A DNA stretch of 64,000 nucleotides from Candidatus Methanomethylophilaceae archaeon (GCA_051887655.1 JBJEZZ010000002.1:12138-76137), one strand, 5' to 3'. Shown: positions 51,062-61,380, numbered from the stretch's first letter. Notes: generated from the letters alone by a model not told the origin. A program made the numbers and translations.

Positions 51062-54000
51062 TCAAATGACCCCGGGATTGCTTTTCAGGTAGAACTCCAT
51101 GCTGTCCCATTCGTCGGACTCGCGCTCGCTGTCCTTCCTGAGGCTGACGCCGTACTTGGAAGCGGTCATCTTGACAAATCTGAGCAGGTCGTCGGGTCCC
51201 TTGAAGTCGTCCACCTTGGCGCCGGACGCGGTGATCTTGCCTCTGAATGAGGCAACTACCTCCGTTCCCCTGAAGACGACAGTATCGGTCGCCCCGCACT
51301 GTAGCTTGATCATGTCGCGCAGATAGTAGTGGAGGTTGTCCTGGTTGTTGAGGACCATCAGGTCGCGGACCTTGTCTATCTTCTTGCCGAAATCCGCCGC
51401 CAGCATCCAGTACAGCGTGGACGAGCCCTCCCTCAGGAATCCCTTCACCAGGAACCCTTCGTCCTCCATCTCCGCGAGGGCCTGTCTGATCACGGCCATA
51501 CGGAACCCGGTGAAACCGGCGAGCTTCTCCGCGGAGAACATCCCGAAGTCCTCGAAGAGCCTGTGCAGGATCACCCGCACGGCCCCGGCCCTGTCCATGC
51601 CGTTCTCCGGTACCACGACATACGCGGATGAACTGTCCTGGCACAGTATGGATTTGTGCAGGAGCGACCCGAGGGCGTCCACGGTCGCGGACTCGGAGAG
51701 CGGGGAGCTCTCGATGACCTTCTTCCTGCCGATCGGCATGTTCCTCTTCACGACCGCGAGGACGGTGCGCTCGTCGTCGGTAAGCTGCTCCTCCTGTCTC
51801 AGCGCCCTGTATATCGATGCGTTGTCCAGGGTGGTGTACCCTATGTGCTTGGGACACAGCATGGTCTTCACGAGCTCGTAACGTTCGACGACGTTCTTTA
51901 TCGGGGTCTTGTCCTCCACCCTCGTGACCAGTTCGGAATCGTTGCGTATGTATCCGCGGGACTCCACCGCCTCCAGGGCGTTGCGGTACTTGCGTCCGGG
52001 GACGGCACGCTGTCTCCTCAGGATGTAGCTCAGAATGTCGATATCCCTGTACACGGCGTCGACGAGACGTCCCTTGGCAAGGAACCCGTTGATGAGATGG
52101 TATCCCTTCTCCGCGAGGACGGCCATGATGTCCTCGCCGAGCTCGGACGGATCGGTCTTCATGACCTCCCTCAGCCTGACGATGTCTATGCCCTTCATGC
52201 GGTAGAATCCCATCATGCGGTCTATCGCGTCCAGAGTCTGACCCAGCAGCGACGGGTCGTCGATGTCCATGCCGCGGATCTCGATGCATCCGGACATCTC
52301 CCAGATCTCCAGGGCGCCTACGATCGAACAGCCCTTGACGAGAGGATAGATCCATTTGTCCCCGTACCTTGCGGAGATCTCCGCCCATTTGGGCGACAGT
52401 ACGGGATCGTACAGCGACATGACGATGACCTCCTCCGGGACCTTCGCATCCTTCATCAGGGGGATCTCCTCCGGGAGGACCATCATTGGTGTGTGTCCAT
52501 CGCCCACGTATATCGTGCGGGCACCCATGGAATCGGCTATCGCCTTCGCGTACTCCGGATCCAATCCGAGGACGTACCTCAGCGCCATTATCGGGATGGG
52601 GCCGTACGCACGGAGACTCTGCCTCACCAACGGGGGCACGGGATCGTAATCGATCGGGGTGGGGTGGTACACCTCGTAGGTGTTCTCGGTACCCCAGTCC
52701 TCTCTCTCGTTGAACGCCCTGACCACCTTCAGCGAACGGTCCAGTCTCAGCAGTGATTCCTTCACGCGGTCCTTCTCCAATCCGGTCTCGGCCACCAACT
52801 GCCTCATGGTCGCCCTGCCCATGCCGGCGATCACGCCCAGGAGGGCCTCGTCGTCCGGCGTCACCGCCTCATTGCGCAGCGCGGCGAACTTGGATGCGTC
52901 GTCGTCCCTGACGAACCTGACCTTTCCGCGGATGAAACGTCCGAGCCTGATGTGCTTGGACTCGCGCATGGCGTACCATTCCTTCAGGTCGAATCCGGAC
53001 ACACGGTTGTAGACGTCTATCTCGTTGCCTGCGGAACCGAAGAAATCGAAGTACTCGTCGATGGAGGCGAACCTGGACCCCTTGGATACGAGATAGCGGT
53101 TCACGGTCTCGTAGTCGAAGACGTCCTTGGAACCGGCCCTCAGCCTCATATGGTCCAGATGGAGCATGTACTGCTCGCTCTCCGAGATCAGGAACCTGCC
53201 CTCGGACACCTCCTGCTCCGCGACGAGTGCGCGGAGCGACACGCCGACGTCGGCCTCCGGTATCGACAGGGCATAGGATATCTCCTGGAGCGTGGCGGGT
53301 GCGAAGCAATCCAGATACTGCCTGACCGCCCTGTCCACGGATTCCCTCCTGTCCGGGAAACCGCGGCCGTACGGCGAGAACATCCATTTGTTCTGACCGG
53401 TGACCGACGTCCTGGTGACCAGGTACATGGATTCCAGCTTGCGCAGCGACCTATACACGGAATCCTCCGACAGTTCCAGGGATTCCGCGATGGTACCGAG
53501 GGCGTTGTCGCCCGTCACCGCGCCGAGGACCCTGCGGTCGATGTCGTTGAGCTCCCTCTCGCGGCGGGTGGCCGACGCATAGTACGGGATCTCCCCGGAC
53601 AGGGTGACGTACGGGTCGTCCATGTAGACCGTTCCGAGCTCCCCGCGGTTGATGAGCTCCCTGAGCCATGCGTCCACGGACCTCCTGTCCGCGTCGCAGT
53701 ACGAGTAGATGTTCCTGCCCCTCTCCCTGAACACCTGGAGGGGACCGGTGCGTTTCAGCAGCGGGATGATGTCGGATGCGTCCGATATGCGGCCGGACTT
53801 CTCCCTGAAATAGGGTATGACCTGCTCCTCCTCGAACTCGAACTCCTTCACGGAGTCGCCCATGGCACGGTAGAGGACCTTCCTGTGCAGCTCCTTCAAC
53901 AGGGCGGTCCTGTCCTCCATGAGGACGATGTCCGAGAATCCGGACAGGATGATGCTGTGCGCGAACGGGGACGGTGTGCCGTTGTACGGCAGGACGACCA

Positions 54001-56431
54001 TGTCCATCTCGCCGGAACCGATCATGTCGAGCACCGTGCGGGCGTTGCGTATGTCCATGTCGTCCTCCAGGATCTCCCTGTAGGTCTCCTCGATGACGGG
54101 CATGTTGTCCATGTTGCCCAGGGATTCTAACAGATATGCGGAACGCGTCTGCTGCCTGTTGACGGAAACGGGACGGCCCATGTAGTTCCTGAGGATCATG
54201 AAGCTCCTGGACGCGGTGTGTCTGAACCTCAGTTTGAATATCTCGGAATCGCGGATCGATTTCCTCAGTATGGACTCCAGATCCCTGGAGTCCAGCATGC
54301 CCACGATCCTGGGGACGTCCATGCGGCGGGACATGCCCAGCATGAAATTGTCGTCGGACATGGTCACCGAGACCGATGTGCCAATGAGATTGGTTATCCT
54401 GTACGCGTACGCCCTGGAGAGCGCATCGTTCACCCTCCTTCCGAACGGGAAGTGGAAGATCACCCTCTGGTTGCCCGACGGGTCTATGTACTCCTCGACC
54501 ACCAGCCTCCTGTCGTCCGGGATGATCCCGCAGGATGCCTTCTGCTCCCTGAAGTACGATATGAGGGAACGGGCGGAACCGGCGTCGATGTCGAAATCCG
54601 AACACAGATGGTCCATGAGTTCGCTGTCCGGAACGGTCTCGATGTCGCGGGACATCTCGGACCTGAACTCCGCCACGTCCATGGAGAGGTCGAAACTCCT
54701 CGGCAGCATCTCCCCCGCCCAGGACGGGACCGTCGGTTTCCTGCCCGATGCCTCCTTGACGTGGGCCATCATGCCCTTGGATCTGACAAATTCGAACGAA
54801 CGGCCTCCGAGGACGAAGATGTCGCCGGGGGACAGCCTCTCGACGAACTTCTCCGAGAGCTCCCCCGCCACGGTACCGCGGTTGGTTATCACGCGGTAGT
54901 TCGATTCCTCGGGGATCGTTCCCAGGTTCATGAAGTAGATCATCCTCGAACCCTTCTTCCTGCCGAACACCCTCTCGGTCTCGTCGTACCATATCTTGGA
55001 ATAGACGCCCTCGTACTCGTCCTTGCTCCCGAGGTACTTCAGCACGCTGATGAACTTCTCCTCGGGGAGGTCGCGGTAGCAGTAGGAGTGTCTGATGAGT
55101 CTGAATGCGTCGTCGATGTCCCAACGTACGGAGAGGCTCATACCCACGACGGTCTGCGCCAGCACGTCCAGGCAGTTCTCCGGGATCTGCACGCGGTCGA
55201 TGTGTGCCCTGTGGGCCGCCCTGCACATGACGGCGCACTCCACGAGGTCGTCGGGATCGAACACCAGCAGACGTCCCTTCGCGACCTTGCCGAAGCTGTG
55301 TCCGCTGCGCCCGATCCTCTGGAGACCCTTCGCGACCGATTTGGGGGATCCGATCTGACAGACCAGGTCCACAGAACCTATGTCGATCCCCAGTTCGAGG
55401 GATGTGGACGAGACGACGCATTTGATCTCGCCTCTCTTGAGACGTTCCTCCACGTCGAGACGTATCTCCTTTCCGAGGGAGCTGTGGTGGACCTCCACGT
55501 TCTCCAATCCGCGCTCCTTCAGTTTGTATACGACGCTCTCCGCTCCGGAACGGGTGTTGGTGAACACCAGCGTGGTATCGTGCTGATCGATGAGCTCCTT
55601 CAGCGTGTCGTACATCATCGAGTTGACTATGTCCGATGACAGACGGGTCATGTCGTCCGTCGGACAGATGACCTTCAGGTCGAGGGTCTTCTTGGAATCG
55701 GACTCTATCAGTGTGACATCCCTCACGCTGCCGTCGTCGTTGCATCCGACCAGATACCCTGCGACCGCTTCGATGGGTGCCAATGTGGCGGAGAGACCGA
55801 TCCTGGTGAACGGGCGTACGCAGTGGTCCTGGAGACGCTCGACCGTGAGCGAGAGGAACGCTCCGCGCTTCGAATCGCATATGTCATGGATCTCGTCGAG
55901 GATCAGCCACTCTATGCGATCCAGCTTCTCCTTGAACTTAGGTGCTTCGAGGATGAGTGCGAGCGATTCGGGCGTGGTGATGAGGATGTGCGGAGGGTGT
56001 TTGAGCATCTTCTGACGCTCGTACTGCGAGGTGTCCCCGGAACGGACGCCGACACGGATGGCGGGTACGGGGAGCCCGTGGCGTTCCGCCACCTCCCTCA
56101 TCTCCGCCAGCGGCGAGTTGAGGTTCCTGTTGACATCGTTCGCCAGGGCCTTCAGCGGGGAGATGTAGATGCAGTAGACCCTCTCCTCCAGCGTGCCCTC
56201 GTTGGCGTAACGCGTCAGTTCGTCGATGATGCTCATGAACGCCGTCAGCGTCTTCCCCGAACCCGTGGGGGACGATACGAGGACGTTCTCCCTGCGGTGG
56301 ATCACAGGTATCGCACGGGACTGCGGGTCCGTAAGGGACGAGAACCTCTCGTTGAACCACGTCGAGACGAGGGGCTGCATGAGGGACATTACTTCTTCAC
56401 GGGAGTATGATTTATCCGAGCGCTGCATCAT
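51062..56431 (-). CDS. lhr: giant Lhr-family helicase (about 1789 aa): Lhr core plus about 890-aa winged-helix-rich C-terminal region
   Basis: Start taken at ATGATG 56431 (MMQRSDKSYS). SPTGSGKTLTAF Walker A, LILDEIHD, TSSLELGIDIG, QRIGRSGH. The C-terminal half has repeated wH-like segments and two YcaQ/AlkZ-like beta-rich segments. Confidence 0.9.
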   Translation of the reverse strand: MMQRSDKSYSREEVMSLMQPLVSTWFNERFSSLTDPQSRAIPVIHRRENVLVSSPTGSGKTLTAFMSIIDELTRYANEGTLEERVYCIYISPLKALANDVNRNLNSPLAEMREVAERHGLPVPAIRVGVRSGDTSQYERQKMLKHPPHILITTPESLALILEAPKFKEKLDRIEWLILDEIHDICDSKRGAFLSLTVERLQDHCVRPFTRIGLSATLAPIEAVAGYLVGCNDDGSVRDVTLIESDSKKTLDLKVICPTDDMTRLSSDIVNSMMYDTLKELIDQHDTTLVFTNTRSGAESVVYKLKERGLENVEVHHSSLGKEIRLDVEERLKRGEIKCVVSSTSLELGIDIGSVDLVCQIGSPKSVAKGLQRIGRSGHSFGKVAKGRLLVFDPDDLVECAVMCRAAHRAHIDRVQIPENCLDVLAQTVVGMSLSVRWDIDDAFRLIRHSYCYRDLPEEKFISVLKYLGSKDEYEGVYSKIWYDETERVFGRKKGSRMIYFMNLGTIPEESNYRVITNRGTVAGELSEKFVERLSPGDIFVLGGRSFEFVRSKGMMAHVKEASGRKPTVPSWAGEMLPRSFDLSMDVAEFRSEMSRDIETVPDSELMDHLCSDFDIDAGSARSLISYFREQKASCGIIPDDRRLVVEEYIDPSGNQRVIFHFPFGRRVNDALSRAYAYRITNLIGTSVSVTMSDDNFMLGMSRRMDVPRIVGMLDSRDLESILRKSIRDSEIFKLRFRHTASRSFMILRNYMGRPVSVNRQQTRSAYLLESLGNMDNMPVIEETYREILEDDMDIRNARTVLDMIGSGEMDMVVLPYNGTPSPFAHSIILSGFSDIVLMEDRTALLKELHRKVLYRAMGDSVKEFEFEEEQVIPYFREKSGRISDASDIIPLLKRTGPLQVFRERGRNIYSYCDADRRSVDAWLRELINRGELGTVYMDDPYVTLSGEIPYYASATRRERELNDIDRRVLGAVTGDNALGTIAESLELSEDSVYRSLRKLESMYLVTRTSVTGQNKWMFSPYGRGFPDRRESVDRAVRQYLDCFAPATLQEISYALSIPEADVGVSLRALVAEQEVSEGRFLISESEQYMLHLDHMRLRAGSKDVFDYETVNRYLVSKGSRFASIDEYFDFFGSAGNEIDVYNRVSGFDLKEWYAMRESKHIRLGRFIRGKVRFVRDDDASKFAALRNEAVTPDDEALLGVIAGMGRATMRQLVAETGLEKDRVKESLLRLDRSLKVVRAFNEREDWGTENTYEVYHPTPIDYDPVPPLVRQSLRAYGPIPIMALRYVLGLDPEYAKAIADSMGARTIYVGDGHTPMMVLPEEIPLMKDAKVPEEVIVMSLYDPVLSPKWAEISARYGDKWIYPLVKGCSIVGALEIWEMSGCIEIRGMDIDDPSLLGQTLDAIDRMMGFYRMKGIDIVRLREVMKTDPSELGEDIMAVLAEKGYHLINGFLAKGRLVDAVYRDIDILSYILRRQRAVPGRKYRNALEAVESRGYIRNDSELVTRVEDKTPIKNVVERYELVKTMLCPKHIGYTTLDNASIYRALRQEEQLTDDERTVLAVVKRNMPIGRKKVIESSPLSESATVDALGSLLHKSILCQDSSSAYVVVPENGMDRAGAVRVILHRLFEDFGMFSAEKLAGFTGFRMAVIRQALAEMEDEGFLVKGFLREGSSTLYWMLAADFGKKIDKVRDLMVLNNQDNLHYYLRDMIKLQCGATDTVVFRGTEVVASFRGKITASGAKVDDFKGPDDLLRFVKMTASKYGVSLRKDSERESDEWDSMEFYLKSNPGVI

Positions 56432-56549
56432 TTTGACCGAACGTATGACATAACATGAATGCGTTAATGTAGGTTGCGCTATTACAGGCGCGCACATTCG
56501 CGCGCGAACCGTCTAAATCCTTAAATTCACGCGCAGGAATCAGAGACAT

Positions 56550-57518
56550 ATGAGGTCGGGAACGGTCACGGTCATCATTCTGACGGCATTGCTGCTGTCC
56601 ACACCCGTCGTCGCGATTGTCCTCTCAGACGAAGCGTACGCGGACGAGTACGATTCGCAGATCAGTGCCGATAAGGAGCTCACGTTCACCGGCACCGTGT
56701 ACTTCGACATAAAACCGGCCGCGGACCAACTGCCGTCCATCGTGGTGCTGATAGCCGACTACAAGGACGACAAATGGCAGTACGTGAGGGAACCGTGCAA
56801 GGCCACCATCTCCGACACGGGGGAGTTCAACGTACAGTCGTACAGGATCCTCCACAACAGCCTGTCCTACTTCTTCCTGGTGGAATCCGGATACGAGATC
56901 GAGACCGTGTCGTCCTCCTTCGAGAACTACGCCACCGTAGTCACCCGCGACAGCAGCGTGGTCACGGAGACAGGGGGCTCATATTCCTACAGCTACAACG
57001 CGTTCAGGCTCATCGCATCCGTATCGTCCTCCGAGGTCACGAAAGCGGTCACCGACGGTGCGAACGCGATCACCGCCAGACACGCAACGGGTTCGGTCAC
57101 CGTCAACGTCACCAACGACGAGTACAACCTCTCCAACGTGGAGGTCCGCCTGGTGAAGAAAGGGGAGACCGATCCCGACAAGTACACCGCCAAGGACTAC
57201 TCCGAGAACGGGAGGTGCGTGTTCAACAACGTCCCCACCGGCGAATACGACGTGATCGCGACGCTGAAGAACTACGAACAGTTCCGTTCGGAATCCGTCA
57301 CGGTCACCAAGAACGGATCCGAGACCGTATCCATCGAGATGATCCTCAAGGTGAACAACAAGGACTACTGGGGCAACGACCTGCCCCACTTCCTCATGAT
57401 CATCGGAGGATCGCTGGGGATCGCGATCGTGGCCATATCCATCGTGCTGCAGCACTTCATCATCAACAAGAAGCACGAGGACTGGATCATCAACGATGTC
57501 AATGATGACGAGATCTGA
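56550..57518 (+). CDS. surface protein with carboxypeptidase-regulatory-like beta-sandwich domain(s), signal peptide and C-terminal TM anchor
   Basis: VTVNVTNDEYNLSNVEVRLVKKGE...GRCVFNNVPTGEYDVIATLKNYE pattern; hydrophobic N and C termini. TCCTTAAATTC box about 25 nt upstream. Confidence 0.7.
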   Translation: MRSGTVTVIILTALLLSTPVVAIVLSDEAYADEYDSQISADKELTFTGTVYFDIKPAADQLPSIVVLIADYKDDKWQYVREPCKATISDTGEFNVQSYRILHNSLSYFFLVESGYEIETVSSSFENYATVVTRDSSVVTETGGSYSYSYNAFRLIASVSSSEVTKAVTDGANAITARHATGSVTVNVTNDEYNLSNVEVRLVKKGETDPDKYTAKDYSENGRCVFNNVPTGEYDVIATLKNYEQFRSESVTVTKNGSETVSIEMILKVNNKDYWGNDLPHFLMIIGGSLGIAIVAISIVLQHFIINKKHEDWIINDVNDDEI

Positions 57519-57545
57519 TACGGGCCCGCGGGCCCGTACCATCAT

Positions 57546-58106
57546 TCATCTCTTGATACTCTTGGCCACCTTCTCGTAGAGACTGTTGCCCTTGTGGTCT
57601 ATCGCCACGACGAGGGGCCCGAACCTCTGCGCATCGAACTTCCAGATGGCCTCCGCCATACCCAGATCCTCCCATTCGACGCCGTCCACCTTGGCCAGCC
57701 CCTCCGCGTACGTCACGGCCGCACCGCCGACCGCAGCGAGGTACACGCAGCCGCACGCCTTCATCGCGTCGGCGGTCTCGCGGGACATACCTCCCTTCCC
57801 GATGATGGCCCTGGGCTTGAACGTCCTGATGAACTCCGGTTCGAGCTTGTTCATCCTGGCACTGGTGGTGGGACCGGCGGCCACGACCGTCCATGCGTCC
57901 CCCTCCTTCTTCATGATCGGACCGCAGTGGAACAATGTGCATCCATTGATGCAATCCGGGACGTCCTCCCCGGAGCGCTTCCTCTCTAGCGCACGGATGT
58001 GCATCTCGTCGCGTCCGGTGATGACGCGTCCGGTGACGTACACGATGTCGCCCAGTTTGAGCTTGGATATGTCCGATGCAGACATGGGGGATTCCAACAT
58101 CTCCAT
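57546..58106 (-). CDS. class I fumarate hydratase / tartrate dehydratase beta subunit
   Basis: Internal ATG 58106 gives MEMLESPMSASDISKLKLGDIVYVTGRVITGRDEMH...GPTTSARM...IGKGGM. Overlaps the alpha-subunit stop by 1 nt. Confidence 0.9.
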   Translation of the reverse strand: MEMLESPMSASDISKLKLGDIVYVTGRVITGRDEMHIRALERKRSGEDVPDCINGCTLFHCGPIMKKEGDAWTVVAAGPTTSARMNKLEPEFIRTFKPRAIIGKGGMSRETADAMKACGCVYLAAVGGAAVTYAEGLAKVDGVEWEDLGMAEAIWKFDAQRFGPLVVAIDHKGNSLYEKVAKSIKR

Positions 58107-58975
58107 CAGAACACCCCCTGCGTGATCTCGTACGAGCCATCCTTCATTATCCTGACGCTGGCACGTCTGGTCGCCCAGCATCCGATGTTGACTGCGACTG
58201 GAAGGGATGCGGTGTGGCATCCTGCCTTCCTGATGTTGACGCCCAACACGGTGGTGGAACCACCCAGGCCCATCGGGCCGAGACCCGATGAGTTCAGCCT
58301 GACGAAGAGGTCCTCCTCCATCTTCCTGAGCTGCGGATCGGGATTCCTGGCGTCCAGCGGCGTGAGCAAAGCCTCCTTGGCCATGGATACGCACACGTCC
58401 GATGTACCGCCGATACCGACGCCCACGATGCTGGGCGGACACGGTCTGCCTCCCGCATCAAGGACCGCGTCCACGATGAACTCCATGATCCCGTCGATGC
58501 CGTCCGCGGGATTCAGCATGGCCAGACGGGTCATGTTCTCGGAACCCGCTCCCTTGGGAAGGACGGTTATCTGCAGGAAATCGTCATCCGTGGGGATGAA
58601 ATGGATGAACGGTGCGCCGAGACCGGTGTTATCCCCGGTGTTCTCCCTGGTGAGAGGATCCACGAGATTGGGCCTCAGAGGAATCTCCGCCGTCGCCCTC
58701 CTCACCGCGGCCTCGATGTCGCAGGCGACCGAGGAATCGAACCTGCCGGACACGTAGAACACGGGGATCCCCGTATCCTGGCACATGGGTTTTCCGAGGA
58801 ACTCCGCCTTCTTCGCGTTGTCCATGATCGCACCCAGTTGGGAATATGCGATCTCCTGTGTCTCCCACCCCGCACCCGCCTCCAGGGCCCATCCTATGTC
58901 GGCAGGGAGCTTGGTGTTGGCCAGACGCAGGAGTCTGACCACTATGTCCTCCGTGGTCTCGGGCAATGCTATCAT
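58106..58975 (-). CDS. class I fumarate hydratase / tartrate dehydratase alpha subunit
   Basis: Internal start MIALPETTEDIVV. CQDTGIPVFYV, GVGIGGTSD, and CWATRRASVRI near the C terminus. Confidence 0.9.
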   Translation of the reverse strand: MIALPETTEDIVVRLLRLANTKLPADIGWALEAGAGWETQEIAYSQLGAIMDNAKKAEFLGKPMCQDTGIPVFYVSGRFDSSVACDIEAAVRRATAEIPLRPNLVDPLTRENTGDNTGLGAPFIHFIPTDDDFLQITVLPKGAGSENMTRLAMLNPADGIDGIMEFIVDAVLDAGGRPCPPSIVGVGIGGTSDVCVSMAKEALLTPLDARNPDPQLRKMEEDLFVRLNSSGLGPMGLGGSTTVLGVNIRKAGCHTASLPVAVNIGCWATRRASVRIMKDGSYEITQGVF

Positions 58976-59059
58976 ACGACGGTTATCGGGGCGGTTGTTT
59001 CTATATCCATCGGTCCGACCCAAATCAAAAACAAATACGTGCATACCCTACCAGTATCG

Positions 59060-60370
59060 ATGAGCTGGAACGACTGGGGGTACAAGAAGAGGCTGTGGGT
59101 CGCGGGAGCATCGTCCTTCGTACTCTGTATCGTACTCAGTGCATACTTCCATCATTTCGACAGTGCGCACTGGATGTTCACCGTGGACTCCATCGAATCC
59201 GGCAACGGGATCTACGGACTGAACGGATTCTACTACCCCCCGCTCTACGGATACATACTGTCGTTCCTCGCGATGGTCGCCGATCTCGTCGCCATCCCGA
59301 TGACGGCCGTGTTCCCCACGGACACGTCCGTCCCCTCCGGGATGGGCACGTACATGTACTACAATCCCGCGTTCCCCATCCTGTACAAGTGCGTGGATGC
59401 GCTGGCATCGCTGGCCATCGCGTTCCTGCTGTTCAGCCTGGTGAAGGATTACACGGGCAACGAGAGGACGGCATACAGGATGTCATTGATCTGGCTCATC
59501 TGTCCGATAGTCATCCAGATGACCGCGGTGCAGGGACAGTTCGACGTCATCGCGATCATGGCGGGGCTCATGTGCCTCTCGGCACTGAGGAAGGAGAGGT
59601 ATTTCCTCGCAGGCGCGCTGTTCGCCATGTCAGTCCTGCTGAAGGTCTTCATGGGACCGTGTATCGTGGCGTTCGTGATATACATCTGGGCGAAGAAGGG
59701 GAAGGGCCTGGGATCGCTCAGATACGTCGCGTATGCGGCCCTCGGTGCGCTGGTCGTAACCATAATAACATACATTCCATTATTTTCGGACGGGACCTGG
59801 CAGTACTCCATGACCTTCTTCAGCGACCGTGCGGGAAGGGTCTGGTACATGACCTTGGTGACGCTCCTCGGGATCGTCCCGATGATCGGTATGATGGTCC
59901 TGTGCGCCTATCATATGATAAAGGACACGGATAACAACGAACGCAACCTCATCGTCTGGACCGCACTCCTCTTCGGGATGGGTGCATCGATCGCCCCCGG
60001 TTACCAGTACGGACCGTGGATATCGGCATGCATCATCCTGATGTGGACGGCGATAGACGACAAACGTCTCTACAGCAAACTGTACTGGTGCACCGCCGTG
60101 ACATCCACGCTCACGGCCATAACGATCACGCACTTCTACCAGATGATGATGGGCAGCTATTATTGGGGATTCCCGGATTACGTGAGCATCGCCGAACTGG
60201 CACTTGCGGCCAACCCGGTGATGTCCGTCGTGGCCACCGTGATATCGGTGATCTACGTACTGGCACTGGTGCTTGCGATGGTACTGACGCTCATGAGTCT
60301 GTTCGAGGGCAGATGGGGCGCCCTCGACTCGGTATCCGAAAGGATAAGGTCCGTGGAGGGAGAGAGATGA
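59060..60370 (+). CDS. polytopic GT-C-fold glycosyltransferase-like membrane protein (DUF2029/PMT_2-like)
   Basis: Start at MSWNDWGYKK. About 12 hydrophobic helices, FYYPPLYGY first-loop motif typical of GT-C mannosyl/arabinosyl-type transferases. Confidence 0.75.
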   Translation: MSWNDWGYKKRLWVAGASSFVLCIVLSAYFHHFDSAHWMFTVDSIESGNGIYGLNGFYYPPLYGYILSFLAMVADLVAIPMTAVFPTDTSVPSGMGTYMYYNPAFPILYKCVDALASLAIAFLLFSLVKDYTGNERTAYRMSLIWLICPIVIQMTAVQGQFDVIAIMAGLMCLSALRKERYFLAGALFAMSVLLKVFMGPCIVAFVIYIWAKKGKGLGSLRYVAYAALGALVVTIITYIPLFSDGTWQYSMTFFSDRAGRVWYMTLVTLLGIVPMIGMMVLCAYHMIKDTDNNERNLIVWTALLFGMGASIAPGYQYGPWISACIILMWTAIDDKRLYSKLYWCTAVTSTLTAITITHFYQMMMGSYYWGFPDYVSIAELALAANPVMSVVATVISVIYVLALVLAMVLTLMSLFEGRWGALDSVSERIRSVEGER

Positions 60371-61380
60371 GATCTAAGGAGCAGACGTTCATCATCGCGG
60401 TCACGCTTATACTGGCGGCCGTCATGATCGCCGGAGAATGGTTCGCGTACTACGCCCCGCATGACAGGACCTCTTCGGCATCCCTGGACGGGGATACCGT
60501 ATCGTACTCGATCACATCCGACGGCAACAGGGAATACAAGGCCGTGCTCCTCGACAACGGCACCTACGATGAGGTCGTCGAACTGTACCTCTATTATGAC
60601 GAGGGGTACGCATCCAACGTCTGCGAGGACAACAGCCCTCCGATCGGATCCCCTCAGTTCACGCAGAAGTATTACATCGAACAGATACAGAACTACGTCT
60701 CGTACAAGGGGATGCATGCGGTATCGCGCGCGAGCGCATCCGAACTGCTGGCGGTCATGACCGAACAGATCTCCGACGACAGCTGCAGAGGGAAGGGTGT
60801 GCTGTTCGCATCCGGTTCCATACCCTCCGTGCTGTTCGACGGATCGTCGTCCTCCGTCCTCAGGACGTGGATGACCATGGGCGGGACAGTATATTGGATC
60901 GGCAACGAACTCGGAAAATACGTTTCGAACGGTGACGAACTGACAGAAGTGAACGGTTCGGAGGCGCTTACCGGCGTTCCCGGACTGACGTTCCTGTCCG
61001 GAGGCTCGTCCACGGAGAGCGGCGAACTGCGCACCGAACTGAGCCTCGCCTCGTTCGATCTCAGCTATGCGGTCTCCGGTACCGGCGTGAGGCACTTCGG
61101 ATACGTCGACGGCGGGTTCTCCTCGATCGGATGCATAGCCGTGGGTGCCGGACAGGTATGCGTGATATCCGGCAACTTCACGATGAATCAGACCAAGGAC
61201 GTGTCCAACACCGTATGCGCTGGCGTATCCTATTGGTCGCAGCTTGCCGGTTACGACGAGGGGACGTTCACGAAGAAGGTAGAAGGCACCATGACCGTAA
61301 GACCGACGCACGGGAACCTGTCGATGTACCTCTACGTGGGCGCATACCATTCGGTGTACGGCGAGAGGTACGACCTCTGA
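60367..61380 (+). CDS. hypothetical N-terminally anchored extracytoplasmic protein (337 aa)
   Basis: MRSKEQTFIIAVTLILAAVMIAGEWFAYY anchor, then a Ser/Gly/Tyr-rich globular part. ATGA overlap with the GT-C gene. No family recognised. Confidence 0.6.
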   Translation: MRSKEQTFIIAVTLILAAVMIAGEWFAYYAPHDRTSSASLDGDTVSYSITSDGNREYKAVLLDNGTYDEVVELYLYYDEGYASNVCEDNSPPIGSPQFTQKYYIEQIQNYVSYKGMHAVSRASASELLAVMTEQISDDSCRGKGVLFASGSIPSVLFDGSSSSVLRTWMTMGGTVYWIGNELGKYVSNGDELTEVNGSEALTGVPGLTFLSGGSSTESGELRTELSLASFDLSYAVSGTGVRHFGYVDGGFSSIGCIAVGAGQVCVISGNFTMNQTKDVSNTVCAGVSYWSQLAGYDEGTFTKKVEGTMTVRPTHGNLSMYLYVGAYHSVYGERYDL

